Position numbers and translations under genes: made by a program. Positions 21,232 through 31,742 of a stretch of 64,000 nt of DNA are shown here, in pieces (positions within the stretch are counted from its first letter, which is position 1; the number at the start of each line of letters is the position of its first letter). The DNA comes from an uncultured Planctomycetota bacterium. GTDB lineage: Bacteria > Planctomycetota > Planctomycetia > Isosphaerales > Isosphaeraceae. The stretch lies in contig CAWJTV010000013.1 in assembly GCA_963845755.1 (NCBI GenBank), positions 32,001 through 96,000 on the forward strand, given 5' to 3'. The notes beneath the pieces are model-generated. The model searched no databases and had not been told where the DNA came from. It was given only the letters and a program-made list of their open reading frames with translations.

Positions 21232-21677
21232 GCGTGAACCCGCTGTTTCCGGAGGTGATCGACGATGCTCCCCGACTCTCAACCCATCCAACCGGAGAAG
21301 GAAATCCGGCCGGGCGACCGAGCCACGCTCCGCCTGGCACGTCATGGTGCCGTCGCTGCCTGAGGTCGCCAGCCTGTTCGCGCTGGGACTGGTCTGGGGT
21401 CAACATCACTTGCAGGTGAACCATCCTCAATACCTGCCCTTGATCCTGCTGTTCGCAATGATGACGCTCGCTTCGGTCCTCTCGTTCGGATCGGGGTTCT
21501 GGCACGTAGTCGACGCCCTGGAAGAGACCTTCTGGAAAGGTGCTGGGAAACAGATCGCAGCGCATGGGACAAACCCCGTGCGGTGACGAGCGTTGTGGCG
21601 TCGGATCAACTTCGGGGTCCGAGAGCCAACATTCCGAACGAACGGTTCGCTATGATTCGCGAGACACTGGCTCCAAA

Positions 21678-21947
21678 TTATCCACCCAGTGCTTCACGGC
21701 CTGGCGGTTCGTCGAACTTGATGTCGCCCTCAGCCTTCTTCTGGGGGACCGGCTCCGTCGGTCCCGAATCCGACTCGGCCGGATACTCGTAATTGAGGAT
21801 CGCATCGACGAGAAGCGTGCCGAAGGGGGGCAGGTTTCCCTGGCCGCCCATCCCCGCATGTTTCTTGAGTGTGGCCAGCACCTCCTCCTTGCCTCGCTGC
21901 GTGGTCAACAGGTCCCGAAGTTCGGATTCGCGTTGTTCACGGGTCAT
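21678..21947 (-). CDS. Hypothetical protein
   Basis: 89-aa ORF with GGGAGGG RBS and protein-like composition. Confidence 0.55.
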   Translation of the reverse strand: MTREQRESELRDLLTTQRGKEEVLATLKKHAGMGGQGNLPPFGTLLVDAILNYEYPAESDSGPTEPVPQKKAEGDIKFDEPPGREALGG

Positions 21948-22250
21948 GATATCCCTCCCGGGGTGTTCACCTCTCGAATGCTGCCACAGCGCTTCGTATC
22001 AACGCAAACTCCATGCCGAATCGTCAGCGGACGACGGCGCTGCCTGTCCGCCTGAGTCGGGTTTGGTCTGTGCCTGAAGGACTCATGGCCGTACTTCAAT
22101 ACCGGTTTCGTCTCGGAGGCTGTCTCGATGCGATGCCTCGCGGCTTGAGTCGCGCCGGGCTCTCTCATTAAGATGACGCCTGGGTTCGAGAGCACGGATC
22201 GGGCATCCGGACGGATCGCCCGGACATGAGCAAGGGAGGACAGTCGCATC

Positions 22251-23744
22251 ATGGCAACCGCAACTCAACCACGCAAGAAGGCCGGTACTGGTAACGGGGC
22301 CGCCCGCTCACACCAGACCAAGATGCTGATCGACGGCCAGTGGCGCGACAGCCAGAGCGGCAAGACGTTCGCGACGATCAACCCGGCGACCGAGGAGGTC
22401 ATCGCCCAGGTCGCCGAGGGGGATGCCGCCGACATCGACCTGGCGGTCAAGGCCGCGCGCAAGGCGTTCGACTCGGGCCCCTGGCGCAAGATGGATGCCC
22501 GCGACCGTGGGCGGCTCATGAACAAGCTCGCCGACCTGATCGAATCGCACATCGACGAGCTGGCCGAGCTCGAAACCCTGGACAACGGCAAGCCGATCGG
22601 AGAGAGCCGCCACGCCGACCTGCCGCTGGTGATCGACTGCCTCCGCTACTATGCCGGCTGGGCCGACAAGATCCACGGGCAGACGATCCCGATCCGCGGC
22701 CGGTACTTCTGCTACACCCGGCGCGAGCCGGTCGGGGTGGTCGGGCAGATCATCCCCTGGAACTTCCCGATGTTGATGGTCGCCTGGAAGTGGGGCCCCG
22801 CGCTGGCGGCCGGGTGCACGGTCGTCATGAAGCCGGCCGAGCAGACCCCGCTGAGCTGCCTCCGCATGGGCGAGCTGGCGATGGAGGCCGGCTATCCGGC
22901 CGGCGTCATCAACATTGTCCCCGGCTACGGCGAGACGGCCGGCGACGCCCTGGTCAAGCACCCCGGGGTCGACAAGATCGCGTTCACCGGCTCGACCGAG
23001 GTCGGCCGGATCATCATGCAGAACGCCGCCGGCACGTTCAAGCGGGTCACCCTCGAGCTGGGCGGCAAGAGCCCGAACATCGTCTTCGCCGACGCCGACA
23101 TCGACTCCGCCGTCAATGGCGCGATGCTCGGCCTGTTCCTCAACCAGGGCCAGTGCTGCTGCGCCGGCAGCCGGCTGCTGGTCGAGGGCAAGGTCTACGA
23201 CACGATGGTCGATCGGCTGGCCGCGGCGACCGAGAATCGCAAGCTCGGCGACCCCTTCGACGCCGCCACCGAGCAGGGCCCACAGGTCGACAAGACCCAG
23301 TTCGACAAGGTGCTCGGCTATATCGAGTCGGGCAAGAAGCAGGGCGCCCGGTGCGTCGCCGGCGGCGAGCGGTTCGGCTCGAAGGGCTACTTCATCAAGC
23401 CGACCGTCTTCGCCGACGTGAAGGACGACATGAAGATCGCCACCGAGGAGATCTTCGGCCCGGTGATGCAGGTCCTGAAGTTCAACGACGTCGAGGAGGT
23501 GGTCCGGCGGGCCAACACCACCGACTACGGCCTGGCCGCCGCCGTCTGGACCCGCGACATCAAGAAGGCCCACACGATCGCCGAACGCCTCCGCGCGGGC
23601 ACGGTCTGGATCAATTGCTACGACGTCTTCGACGCCGCCGCCCCGTTCGGCGGGTTCAAGTCCAGCGGCATCGGCCGCGAGCTCGGCGAGAAGGCCCTCG
23701 ATAACTACACCGAGCTCAAGACCGTCACCGTCGCCCTGGATTGA
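22251..23744 (+). CDS. Aldehyde dehydrogenase
   Basis: [32 protein letters not shown] and EEIFGPV. Confidence 0.97.
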   Translation: MATATQPRKKAGTGNGAARSHQTKMLIDGQWRDSQSGKTFATINPATEEVIAQVAEGDAADIDLAVKAARKAFDSGPWRKMDARDRGRLMNKLADLIESHIDELAELETLDNGKPIGESRHADLPLVIDCLRYYAGWADKIHGQTIPIRGRYFCYTRREPVGVVGQIIPWNFPMLMVAWKWGPALAAGCTVVMKPAEQTPLSCLRMGELAMEAGYPAGVINIVPGYGETAGDALVKHPGVDKIAFTGSTEVGRIIMQNAAGTFKRVTLELGGKSPNIVFADADIDSAVNGAMLGLFLNQGQCCCAGSRLLVEGKVYDTMVDRLAAATENRKLGDPFDAATEQGPQVDKTQFDKVLGYIESGKKQGARCVAGGERFGSKGYFIKPTVFADVKDDMKIATEEIFGPVMQVLKFNDVEEVVRRANTTDYGLAAAVWTRDIKKAHTIAERLRAGTVWINCYDVFDAAAPFGGFKSSGIGRELGEKALDNYTELKTVTVALD

Positions 23745-23856
23745 CCGTCATCCTGGCACGATGGACAGAGCTTTCCCGGCGGGCAGGGACGCTCGCCGAC
23801 CTTCCCAACCAACGGAACATTCCCACCAAACTCCCGACAAAGCGAGGAGGTCGCCC

Positions 23857-24624
23857 ATGCGGTCGCATTACGCACCTCGGTACATGTCGAGCGGACTCTC
23901 ACCGCGGCTGGCCGGCATGGCATTGACATTCGTATTCGATCTTGGGGTTGATCCCCTGGCTGGCTTTGGCGGACGACGGCGAGACTCCGCAGCGCCCTGG
24001 AGCGCGATCCCGCAGGGCTGGACCGACCTGCTGGCCCAGGCCGGCGCCAAACTCGAGGGCTGGACGCGCGGGCCGATCCCGCCCACGGGCCGGATCAATC
24101 CCCGCTCCCAGTGGTCGATCGACGCGGCGACCGGTTATCTGGTCTGCGAAGGGAACGGCGGCCACGAGTGGCTGCGCTGGGACAAGGAGCTCGGCGATGG
24201 GATCTTCCACGTCGATTGGCGGTTCACTCCGGTGCAGGGCAAGAAGGGTTACAATTCGGGGATCTACGCCCGCAACTCGGCCGATGCCCGGATCTGGCAC
24301 CAGGCCCAGACCGGTTCCGGCTCGGGCGGGTACCTGTTCGGCCAGACCGAGGTCGCCGGCAAGCTCAAGGGAATCAATCTGTCGAAGCAACAAAAGGGAT
24401 CTCGGGTCAAGCCTGCCGGAGAATGGAATACATTCGAGATCACCTGCAAGGGCAAGGACATGTCCCTCTGGGTCAACGGCGCCGTCACAAACCAGTGGCA
24501 CGACTGTCAGGTCCCCAAGGGCTATGTGGGCCTCGAAGCTGAAGGGTATCGGATCGAGTTCCGCAATGTGAAGCTTAAGCTGCTCAATGGGGCGAGCACA
24601 GGAGAGCCGGTAACCAAGGGCTGA
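23857..24624 (+). CDS. DUF1080 (3-keto-disaccharide hydrolase-like) protein
   Basis: NSGIY, GEWNTFEI, LWVNG and IEFRNVKLK motifs. Confidence 0.88.
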   Translation: MRSHYAPRYMSSGLSPRLAGMALTFVFDLGVDPLAGFGGRRRDSAAPWSAIPQGWTDLLAQAGAKLEGWTRGPIPPTGRINPRSQWSIDAATGYLVCEGNGGHEWLRWDKELGDGIFHVDWRFTPVQGKKGYNSGIYARNSADARIWHQAQTGSGSGGYLFGQTEVAGKLKGINLSKQQKGSRVKPAGEWNTFEITCKGKDMSLWVNGAVTNQWHDCQVPKGYVGLEAEGYRIEFRNVKLKLLNGASTGEPVTKG

Positions 24625-24667
24625 CCGCGATCTCCGCGCGCTGGGCTGTCTTTATGGCGGTGATCGG

Positions 24668-25489
24668 TTAAACGCTCTGGCTCACCATCCGTTTGAGGTC
24701 CACCCAGGTTATAAGGCGCGACACGGTGTCCTCGTCCAGCGGGGGCACTCTCACGATCGCCGAGAGGCGCTCGACCAGTTCGGGCGCGACGCCGCACGCC
24801 AGTAAAGCGTCGCCGGTCACGGGCTGCTCCGGATGACGGCCCATGCCCGTCAGCACGGCATCGAGTCCGGCAAACTCTCCACCGCCGACGATCAGGAGGT
24901 GGCAATGGTCCAACTGGAATTGTTCGCGGAGGGCGTTGTCCACAATCCAATCCTCAGGTCGCAGCACAGCCTCCTGAGCGAATCTCTGATCCAGCCGCTC
25001 CACATAGATGATGCCACGCCGAGCCGCCTCGAGCTCGTAGCCGCAATCGCGGAGTAGCTCGTGCAGGACGGGACGGGCATCCGTGGTACCGAAACGACGT
25101 TCCGCGAACGGTACCCCGAAGACATGGGCCAGGGCTCGCGTCAGGAAAACGAGGCTGGTGCGTGCCGGACCGATCAGAAGGATCAGGCTCGGCCGTCCGC
25201 CCTCTTCGGCCTGGTAGTGGCGGACCGTCGCCTGGATCAGGGGGTCATCGACCGCTTGACTGCCAAGGATCTTTTCCAGCTTCGTCCGGATCTCTTCCGG
25301 CGGTGGCACGGAGAATGCGCACCCCGCAGTTTGATTGCGGCGGCGGCGTTCGCTTTCGAGGATTGACTGGCAAAGCTCGATGCAGTCGCCGCAGATGTAG
25401 ACGTAGTTTGGCCCTTCGACCAGGGGTCCGACATCACGGTAACTCTTGCGGCAAAACGAGCAGTAAGCATTGGAACGAGGTTCACCCAT
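24668..25489 (-). CDS. ClpX paralog: intact C4 zinc-binding domain plus degenerate, truncated AAA+ domain
   Basis: CSFCRKSYRDVGPLVEGPNYVYICGDCIELC. Walker A position reads GPARTSLV and Walker B position reads IIYVER. Only 273 aa. Confidence 0.85.
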   Translation of the reverse strand: MGEPRSNAYCSFCRKSYRDVGPLVEGPNYVYICGDCIELCQSILESERRRRNQTAGCAFSVPPPEEIRTKLEKILGSQAVDDPLIQATVRHYQAEEGGRPSLILLIGPARTSLVFLTRALAHVFGVPFAERRFGTTDARPVLHELLRDCGYELEAARRGIIYVERLDQRFAQEAVLRPEDWIVDNALREQFQLDHCHLLIVGGGEFAGLDAVLTGMGRHPEQPVTGDALLACGVAPELVERLSAIVRVPPLDEDTVSRLITWVDLKRMVSQSV

Positions 25490-25724
25490 CGCGCCCTCCG
25501 CAGAACCGACCGATAACGCTTACCCCCATGCATCGACTCTACTCGGCCATGCGCCGTCGGTCCAGAGTGTGGGAATGGGACGAGGAGCAAGATCGCGTTT
25601 TGGGCCCATTCCGGTCGTCTCGGCAGGGTACTGCCTCCCAGAGCGGACCGCGCGTGACCGAAAAAATCACCGAACCCATTCAAATCCCCTCCCGGCGACT
25701 GTGTAATCTTCAGGAGGGGAATGC

Positions 25725-26336
25725 ATGAGCGATACGCCGACGACACGACCCAGCCTGTTGGTCCGGCTGCGCGACCCGATGGACGGGCGGGCCTGGAGCG
25801 AGTTCGTCGAGATCTATAACCCGTTGATCCATCGGCTTGCGCGACAGCGTGGGCTCCAGGAGGCCGATGCCGCCGACCTGGCGCAGGAGGTCTTCCGGGC
25901 CGTCGCCAACGCGATCGAGCGGTATGATCCCGACCCGGCCAAGGGCTCGTTCCGCGGCTGGCTCTCCACGATCGCCCGCAACCTGATCGTCAACCTCCTC
26001 AACGCCCAGCGGCGCCACCCGCGCGGCACGGGAGACTCCGACGTCCAGCAGCTTCTCGAGGCGCAGCCGGCCCCCGATTCGGACCAATCCGTGATCTTCG
26101 ACGCGGAATACCGCCGCCGGATGCTCGACTGGGCGGCCGAACGGGTCCGCGACGAGTTCTCCGAGCTGGTCTGGCTGGCCTTCTGGCGGACCGGCGTTGA
26201 TGGTCAGTCCGCCGAGGAAGCGGCGCGGGGTCTGGGACTGTCGGTCGGGACCGTCTATCAATACAAGAGCCGGGTCGTCGCCCGGCTCCGCCGAGAGATC
26301 GAACGCTTCGAGGATAAGACCAGCGACCACTCCTGA
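25725..26336 (+). CDS. ECF sigma factor (planctomycete kinase-associated type)
   Basis: TRPSLLVRLRD, DAADLAQEVF, SFRGWL, and C-terminal HTH ending VYQYKSRV. Confidence 0.93.
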   Translation: MSDTPTTRPSLLVRLRDPMDGRAWSEFVEIYNPLIHRLARQRGLQEADAADLAQEVFRAVANAIERYDPDPAKGSFRGWLSTIARNLIVNLLNAQRRHPRGTGDSDVQQLLEAQPAPDSDQSVIFDAEYRRRMLDWAAERVRDEFSELVWLAFWRTGVDGQSAEEAARGLGLSVGTVYQYKSRVVARLRREIERFEDKTSDHS

Positions 26337-26347
26337 AGGGCACAACG

Positions 26348-29300
26348 ATGGTCAACCGCATATCGGCTTGCGATCCGGACCGCTTGCGGTCCTACCTGGA
26401 CGACGATCTGAGCGCCGACGAGCAGGCCGAGCTGGCCGGTCACCTCGATCGCTGCGACACCTGCCAGCAGGCGCTGGAACGACTCGCCGCCGGGAGCGGG
26501 ATCTGGCGCGATCTGCGGCATCTCGGGAGCCCGTCGGACGCGTCGATGACGGGCCTGAAGCCCGAGGATCACCTGAGCCGCTCGTGGGGAAAACCGAAAC
26601 CGGCCGCCCTCCGGGAGGGGATCGATCTCAATTTCCTCGCCCCTTCGGAGAATCCGGCGTACCTCGGCCGCCTTGGGCCTTATGAGGTCATCGGCGTGCT
26701 GGGCGAGGGCGGCATGGGGGTCGTGCTCAAGGCGTTCGACCCGTCGTTGAGCCGGGTCGTGGCGATCAAGGTGCTGGCTCCGCAGATGGCCGCCAGCGGC
26801 GCCGCGCGTCGGCGGTTCTCCCGCGAGGCGAAGGCCGCCGCGGCGGTTGTCCATGACCATATCATCTCCATCTACGCGGTTGATAACGACCCCGTCAGCA
26901 GTCTCCCGTACCTGGTGATGCCCTGCGTGGCCGGTCATTCGCTCCAGGAGCGGATCGACCGCGACGGCCCGCTGCGGATCGAGGAAATCCTGCGCATCGG
27001 CCGCCAGACGGCGCTGGGGCTGGCCGCGGCACACGCGCAGGGATTGGTCCATCGTGACATCAAGCCGTCGAACATCCTGCTGGAGAACGGCGTCGAGCGG
27101 GTGAAGATCACCGATTTCGGGCTGGCCCGCGCCATGGACGACGCCAGCCAATCGCAGAGCGGCGTGGTGGCCGGGACGCCGCAGTACATGTCGCCCGAGC
27201 AGGCGAGCGGCGAGTCGTCCGACCATCGGTCCGACCTGTTCAGCCTGGGCAGCGTGCTGTATGCCATGTGCGCGGGGCGTTCGCCGTTCCGCGCCAAGAC
27301 GACGATGGGCGTGCTGCGGCGGGTCTGCGACGAGTCGCCACGTCCGCTGGTCGAGATCAATCCCGAGGTACCCGAAGAATTGGAAGCGGTCATCGAGCGG
27401 CTTCATGCCAAGGATCCGGCGTTGCGCTATCAAACGGCCGCCGAGGTCGCTGAGGTGCTCGGCCAGCAACTCGCCCAGCTCCAGCGCCCCGGTGCCCGTG
27501 TGAGGCGGTGCGCGGCCGTCGCGAGCCCTCAACCCGTCGCGGCGGTCTCACCTGCCGTCAAGAAAGCGGAGCCGGTCGACGACTGGGCGCCCGTCAAGCC
27601 GCGCCTCCGGGTGGAGAAATTCGTGGTGCCCGCCCTGTTGATCCTGTTCTGCCTGGCCGTCATCGGCGCGACCATCGGATGGGAGGCGACCCCCCTGGTG
27701 GCGAGCCTGCTCTTGCTGCTGGGCGTGACCGCCGCCGGCACGGCCGCCCACCTTGGCCGTCATAGGATCCAGGCCCTGGGATGGCATTCGTTCGCCCTGC
27801 TCGTCCTGCTCGGCATGGTGGCCGTCGGAACGTTCGCCTTGTTCACGTCTTCGGGACCGGTTCCCTCTCAGGCCGTAATCGCCGCGGGATTCGTCGAGCC
27901 GCCGGCGCATGGGGTCGTCACCAACCAGAACGAAAGCCAGACCATCGTCGGCTCGGGGAAGCCCGCGACAAAAGCCTGGAATCTCGCCGATTTCACGTCG
28001 GTCGAAATCATCCACCCGTTCCGCGCCGAGTTGGTCCGGGGGGATCGCTTCGCCGTGAGCGTAACCGCCGATGACAACGTGCTCGATCACATCCAGGTCG
28101 TCAAGGAGGACACGCGGCTCCGCATCGGCCTCGAGGATAACCGAAGCTACCGCCTACGCCGCGACTCGCTCAAGGTCGCGATCGCCATGCCGGCCCTGGG
28201 TTCGCTCGGCCTGAGCCATGGTGCCCGCGCCACGATCAAAGGGTTCGAGTCCCATCAGCCTTTCGAGGCGAGGCTGAGCCACGGCAGTGTTCTGGAGGGG
28301 ACCCTTGCGGCGGGGCGCCTGGCGCTCGATGCCACGCACGGCAGCGAGATCGCCCTGAAGGGGACCGCCGAGACCACCCGGCTCGTCGCGGCGCATGGCA
28401 GCGAATTGCCGCTGGAGGGGTTGGCCTTCCGCGACGCCGAGATCCAGCTTTCCCACGGCGCCACGGCGACGATCGACGCCAAGCCCGAGAAAGAACTCAA
28501 GGCCGAATTGCATCACGGCAGCACGCTGACCGGAGTGATCCAGGGGGGGACCGTCGAGCTGGAGGCCGGGCACGGGTCCCGGGCTTCCCTGAAGGGCTCA
28601 GCCCGAACGGCCAGGCTCACCGGGAACTTTTCCAGCCAGCTTCCGCTCGGAGAGCTCACTCTCGAGGGAGCGGACGTCCATCTCGGTCACGGCTCGTCGG
28701 CGACCGTCAACGCCACAAGCAAGCTGGACTACCATCTCGATTTCTCGTCAAACCTGAAGTATCACGGCAATCCTACGATCGGGACGTCGTCGAAGTCGCA
28801 TGGTTCGTCGGCCAGGACGATCCGCCCGGGTGACGAAGCGGCCGAGAAGCCGTCCGCGGCCCGGCAAGACCAGCGCCGGCCATCGGGTACGGCCCGGTCC
28901 GCGCGGCGGGGCGATGAGATCATCACCATCGATCTGAGGAGTGGAGGAAACGGAGGTCGTACGATCTGGATCAATCAGGCGGGTGGTCCGGCCGGCGTGA
29001 TCGAGGGCTCGGGGCGAAAAGCGACCAAGACCGTGGATGTCAAAGACTTCACGGTGATCAAGATCGAGCACACGCTCCAGGCCGACGTGACCCGGGCTGA
29101 CGCGTTCCAGGTTCGCCTGACGGCCGACGACAACATCCTGGATCGCATCGAGGTCGTCCGCGAGGGCTCGACCCTCCGGATCGGCCTGGCTCGAGGGAGC
29201 TACCGGCTTCAAGAAAGTCCGCGCGCGTCGATTACACTCCCAATCCTTGACGAGATCGACCTCAGCGGGGCCTCACGGGCCACGATTCAGGGCTTCGCGT

Positions 29301-29764
29301 CGGACCGGCCTTTCCATGCCCGGACCAGTGGGGCTAGCACGTTGGAGGGGTCGATCCGCGCCGGGGATATCGACTTCGACATCAGCGGGGCCAGCACGCT
29401 GAAGCTGGGCGGATCCGCCCGCGGGGCTCGAATGCTCGCCAGCGGTGCGAGCAAACTGGAGCTGGCAGGCTGGCAGGTGAATGGGGAGAAACTCATCCTC
29501 GATGTTAGCGGTGCCAGCTCGGTTCGGCTCGGCGGTTCGGCTCGAGCCGCTTCGCTGAAGGCGGAGGGCGCCAGCCAGCTCCACCTGGCCGACCTGGTTC
29601 TCGAGGCCGCAGACGTCGTACTCGACGGCGCATCGTCCGCGACCGTGCGGGTCAAGAGCCTGCTGAACTATGATGTAAGCTCCGCATCGACGTTGGTCTA
29701 TCTCGGAGAACCCACCATCGGTAAGGCCAGGAAGACCGGCATGTCCTCGGTCTCACATCGCTGA
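26348..29764 (+). CDS. Ser/Thr protein kinase with N-terminal zinc-finger, TM helices and extracellular DUF2807 (GIN-like) repeats
   Basis: HLDRCDTC, GEGGMG, VAIK, HRDIKPSN, DFG and GTPQYMSPE. Two TADDN(V/I)LD blocks with SHG / SGAS repeats. Confidence 0.92.
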   Translation: MVNRISACDPDRLRSYLDDDLSADEQAELAGHLDRCDTCQQALERLAAGSGIWRDLRHLGSPSDASMTGLKPEDHLSRSWGKPKPAALREGIDLNFLAPSENPAYLGRLGPYEVIGVLGEGGMGVVLKAFDPSLSRVVAIKVLAPQMAASGAARRRFSREAKAAAAVVHDHIISIYAVDNDPVSSLPYLVMPCVAGHSLQERIDRDGPLRIEEILRIGRQTALGLAAAHAQGLVHRDIKPSNILLENGVERVKITDFGLARAMDDASQSQSGVVAGTPQYMSPEQASGESSDHRSDLFSLGSVLYAMCAGRSPFRAKTTMGVLRRVCDESPRPLVEINPEVPEELEAVIERLHAKDPALRYQTAAEVAEVLGQQLAQLQRPGARVRRCAAVASPQPVAAVSPAVKKAEPVDDWAPVKPRLRVEKFVVPALLILFCLAVIGATIGWEATPLVASLLLLLGVTAAGTAAHLGRHRIQALGWHSFALLVLLGMVAVGTFALFTSSGPVPSQAVIAAGFVEPPAHGVVTNQNESQTIVGSGKPATKAWNLADFTSVEIIHPFRAELVRGDRFAVSVTADDNVLDHIQVVKEDTRLRIGLEDNRSYRLRRDSLKVAIAMPALGSLGLSHGARATIKGFESHQPFEARLSHGSVLEGTLAAGRLALDATHGSEIALKGTAETTRLVAAHGSELPLEGLAFRDAEIQLSHGATATIDAKPEKELKAELHHGSTLTGVIQGGTVELEAGHGSRASLKGSARTARLTGNFSSQLPLGELTLEGADVHLGHGSSATVNATSKLDYHLDFSSNLKYHGNPTIGTSSKSHGSSARTIRPGDEAAEKPSAARQDQRRPSGTARSARRGDEIITIDLRSGGNGGRTIWINQAGGPAGVIEGSGRKATKTVDVKDFTVIKIEHTLQADVTRADAFQVRLTADDNILDRIEVVREGSTLRIGLARGSYRLQESPRASITLPILDEIDLSGASRATIQGFASDRPFHARTSGASTLEGSIRAGDIDFDISGASTLKLGGSARGARMLASGASKLELAGWQVNGEKLILDVSGASSVRLGGSARAASLKAEGASQLHLADLVLEAADVVLDGASSATVRVKSLLNYDVSSASTLVYLGEPTIGKARKTGMSSVSHR

Positions 29765-29883
29765 GAGTCTGTCCCAGAAGGAGCCGGTCCGGGCGAGCGG
29801 GGGGCGTCAGCCCCTGTCTTGGAGGTCCGTCGCTCACCGGACAGGGGGCTGACGCCCCCCGCTCGCCCTTCTGGGACAGACTC
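29765..29883. mobile_element. MITE-like element (119 bp) with internal REP-like palindrome
   Basis: Perfect 17-bp TIR gagtctgtcccagaagg / ccttctgggacagactc, with TGA on both flanks. Confidence 0.75.
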
Positions 29884-29894
29884 TGAGCGGAGGA

Positions 29895-30326
29895 TCAGAT
29901 CCCCGCCAACGGCCGGTTCGCGCGAGGCATCGCCAGCCAGGCTCCCAGGTAAGCCGCGGGGAGGAACTCGACAACCCCCACCACCCACATCCAGAGCGGG
30001 TGCGGGATCATCATCATGGTGGCGACGGCTGCGCTCAGTCCCAGCACGCCGATACCGAGTCCAAACGCCAGCGGACCTCCGGGCGCAACCCGCGCGGCGA
30101 CCCACGCCCCGGCAAAGGTCGCCAATCCCCACGCCACTGTGACCGATACCAGCGCCCCGATCGGCAGCGTCTTCATCGCCGCCGCAAACGACTCCGGGTC
30201 GTGGGGATCAAGGCCAGGCGGAGGTGGGAAGATCACGTACCCAATCGTCTCCACGATCATGCCCATGACACCCATTGTGATGAACCCAAGAACTACGGCT
30301 AGGATGCCCCGGAAGACCTTTCCCAT
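29895..30326 (-). CDS. Four-TM membrane protein
   Basis: Hydrophobic helices, PPPPGLDP loop and PHPLWM motif. Confidence 0.8.
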   Translation of the reverse strand: MGKVFRGILAVVLGFITMGVMGMIVETIGYVIFPPPPGLDPHDPESFAAAMKTLPIGALVSVTVAWGLATFAGAWVAARVAPGGPLAFGLGIGVLGLSAAVATMMMIPHPLWMWVVGVVEFLPAAYLGAWLAMPRANRPLAGI

Positions 30327-30857
30327 GACGTTCTCATCCCCCAAATCGCGACCAGAGGGTCCAGGACTCCAAACCGTCCTCGATCATCGGCCGGCGCCGG
30401 GAGAGAAGTGAACCTCATTCTCACATTCAACGAACAATCATCTTTGATGACGACCGGCGCCGAACCGATGGGGTTCAGGCCCTCTGAATCTCCGGCCGCA
30501 GCAGACGTGCGCTCCCGATCCCATAGAACACGATCAAGATGCTGTAAACACACGGGCAGAACCGATCGGTCGGCGAGCCGAACGTCACCAGGAACCCGAG
30601 CACGCAGAAGGCCAGGGACAACAGCAAGCCGGCGGCGAGCGTCCATCGCAAGACAACGATCATCGATCCGCTCCTTCCTGGAGTGAGGGATGGGATGGTT
30701 GATGCTGCCCGGCGTCCGTGCCGAGCCGGCTTGCTTCTATGAGCAAGTCGCGCCGCTGCGTGCCACTCCTGCCAGGTTTTTTTGCCAGCTCTCAGAGGTC
30801 GGTCGCAGATTAGGCTAGTTATTTTGAGTCTGAAGCAACGGGACCGGGTGATTGGAA

Positions 30858-31095
30858 CTCGTTCCCACGCTCCTGCGTGGGAATGCCGTCTTGGCCGCTC
30901 TGCGGCCCCGGCGACGCGGAGCGTCGCACCCGGACGTTCCCACGCGGAGAGGCTGTGATTTTTTGGGGAAAAGCCCACTCATTGACCATAATCCATGTTT
31001 GTAACCCCTTGAAAATCAGGGGCTTGTTCCCATCAAACTTCGTGCATCTGACCTGTTTCACCCAAAAAATCACAGCCTCGGAGCATGGGAACGAG
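30858..31095. repeat. REP-like palindromic element interrupted by a MITE
   Basis: ctcgttcccacgctcctgcgtgggaatg ... gttcccacgcgga|insert|ggagcatgggaacgag. Confidence 0.7.
30949..31079. mobile_element. AT-rich MITE (131 bp)
   Basis: Perfect 19-bp TIR gaggctgtgattttttggg / cccaaaaaatcacagcctc, with GGA duplicated on both flanks. Confidence 0.85.
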
Positions 31096-31368
31096 GATTC
31101 TGACGGTGTTAGGTAGAGGCTTTCCTTCCTGAGCCCGGCTCCGTTGCTACAGACTTGTTATTTTCCCCAGATTGCTCTGATTGCCTCGTGCATCAAGTCG
31201 GCTGCCCGTTAAGATCGTCGGATTCCGGACGATCAATCCTAGCCTGGGATTCTTCGGCATTTCTGCGGACCGGAATGAGAGGCGAACTTCTGAGCCGGCC
31301 GGATCCGCTATCGAGATCTTGGGCACGCGCGCCCCATGCCCTGAAACGCCGATTTTCGCGAAGCGGAA

Positions 31369-31742
31369 TCACGTTCCACGCGGTCCGGAGTGAGACGATT
31401 CCTCAAGGGTCTGGGACCTCCATCGCCCCCAAAGCAGGCGGCGGAGCCGCCTCGCTGCTACGCAGGACAGCGAGGCGAGGCAGAGGATGACGAGGGTCAT
31501 TCGCAGGTACGCCGCGGCCGAGATGGGGAGCGCCAGGCCGGTCCCGATCGCGACGTACGCGGCCAGGCACGCGGGGCACTTCGGCAAGAGCGCCAGGACC
31601 GCGCCGGGGACCATCCATCCGGCGATGTCGAAACAGGATCGCGCGCGGCCGGCGGCCGCGGATCGAGATCGGCGACCCGCACGGCGTCCGAGCGGCGGTC
31701 CTGGCCGCGAGGGGCAACCTCGCAGCAACGACCGGCGCTCAT
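31369..31742 (-). CDS. Small membrane protein with CC and PKCPAC motifs (frameshifted)
   Basis: [10 protein letters not shown]...[20 protein letters not shown], coupled to the DUF899 gene. Confidence 0.7.

Noticed and set aside
21231..21586. Membrane-protein-like ORF after the acidic protein
   Set aside because: Start and frame are ambiguous, probably a truncated remnant.
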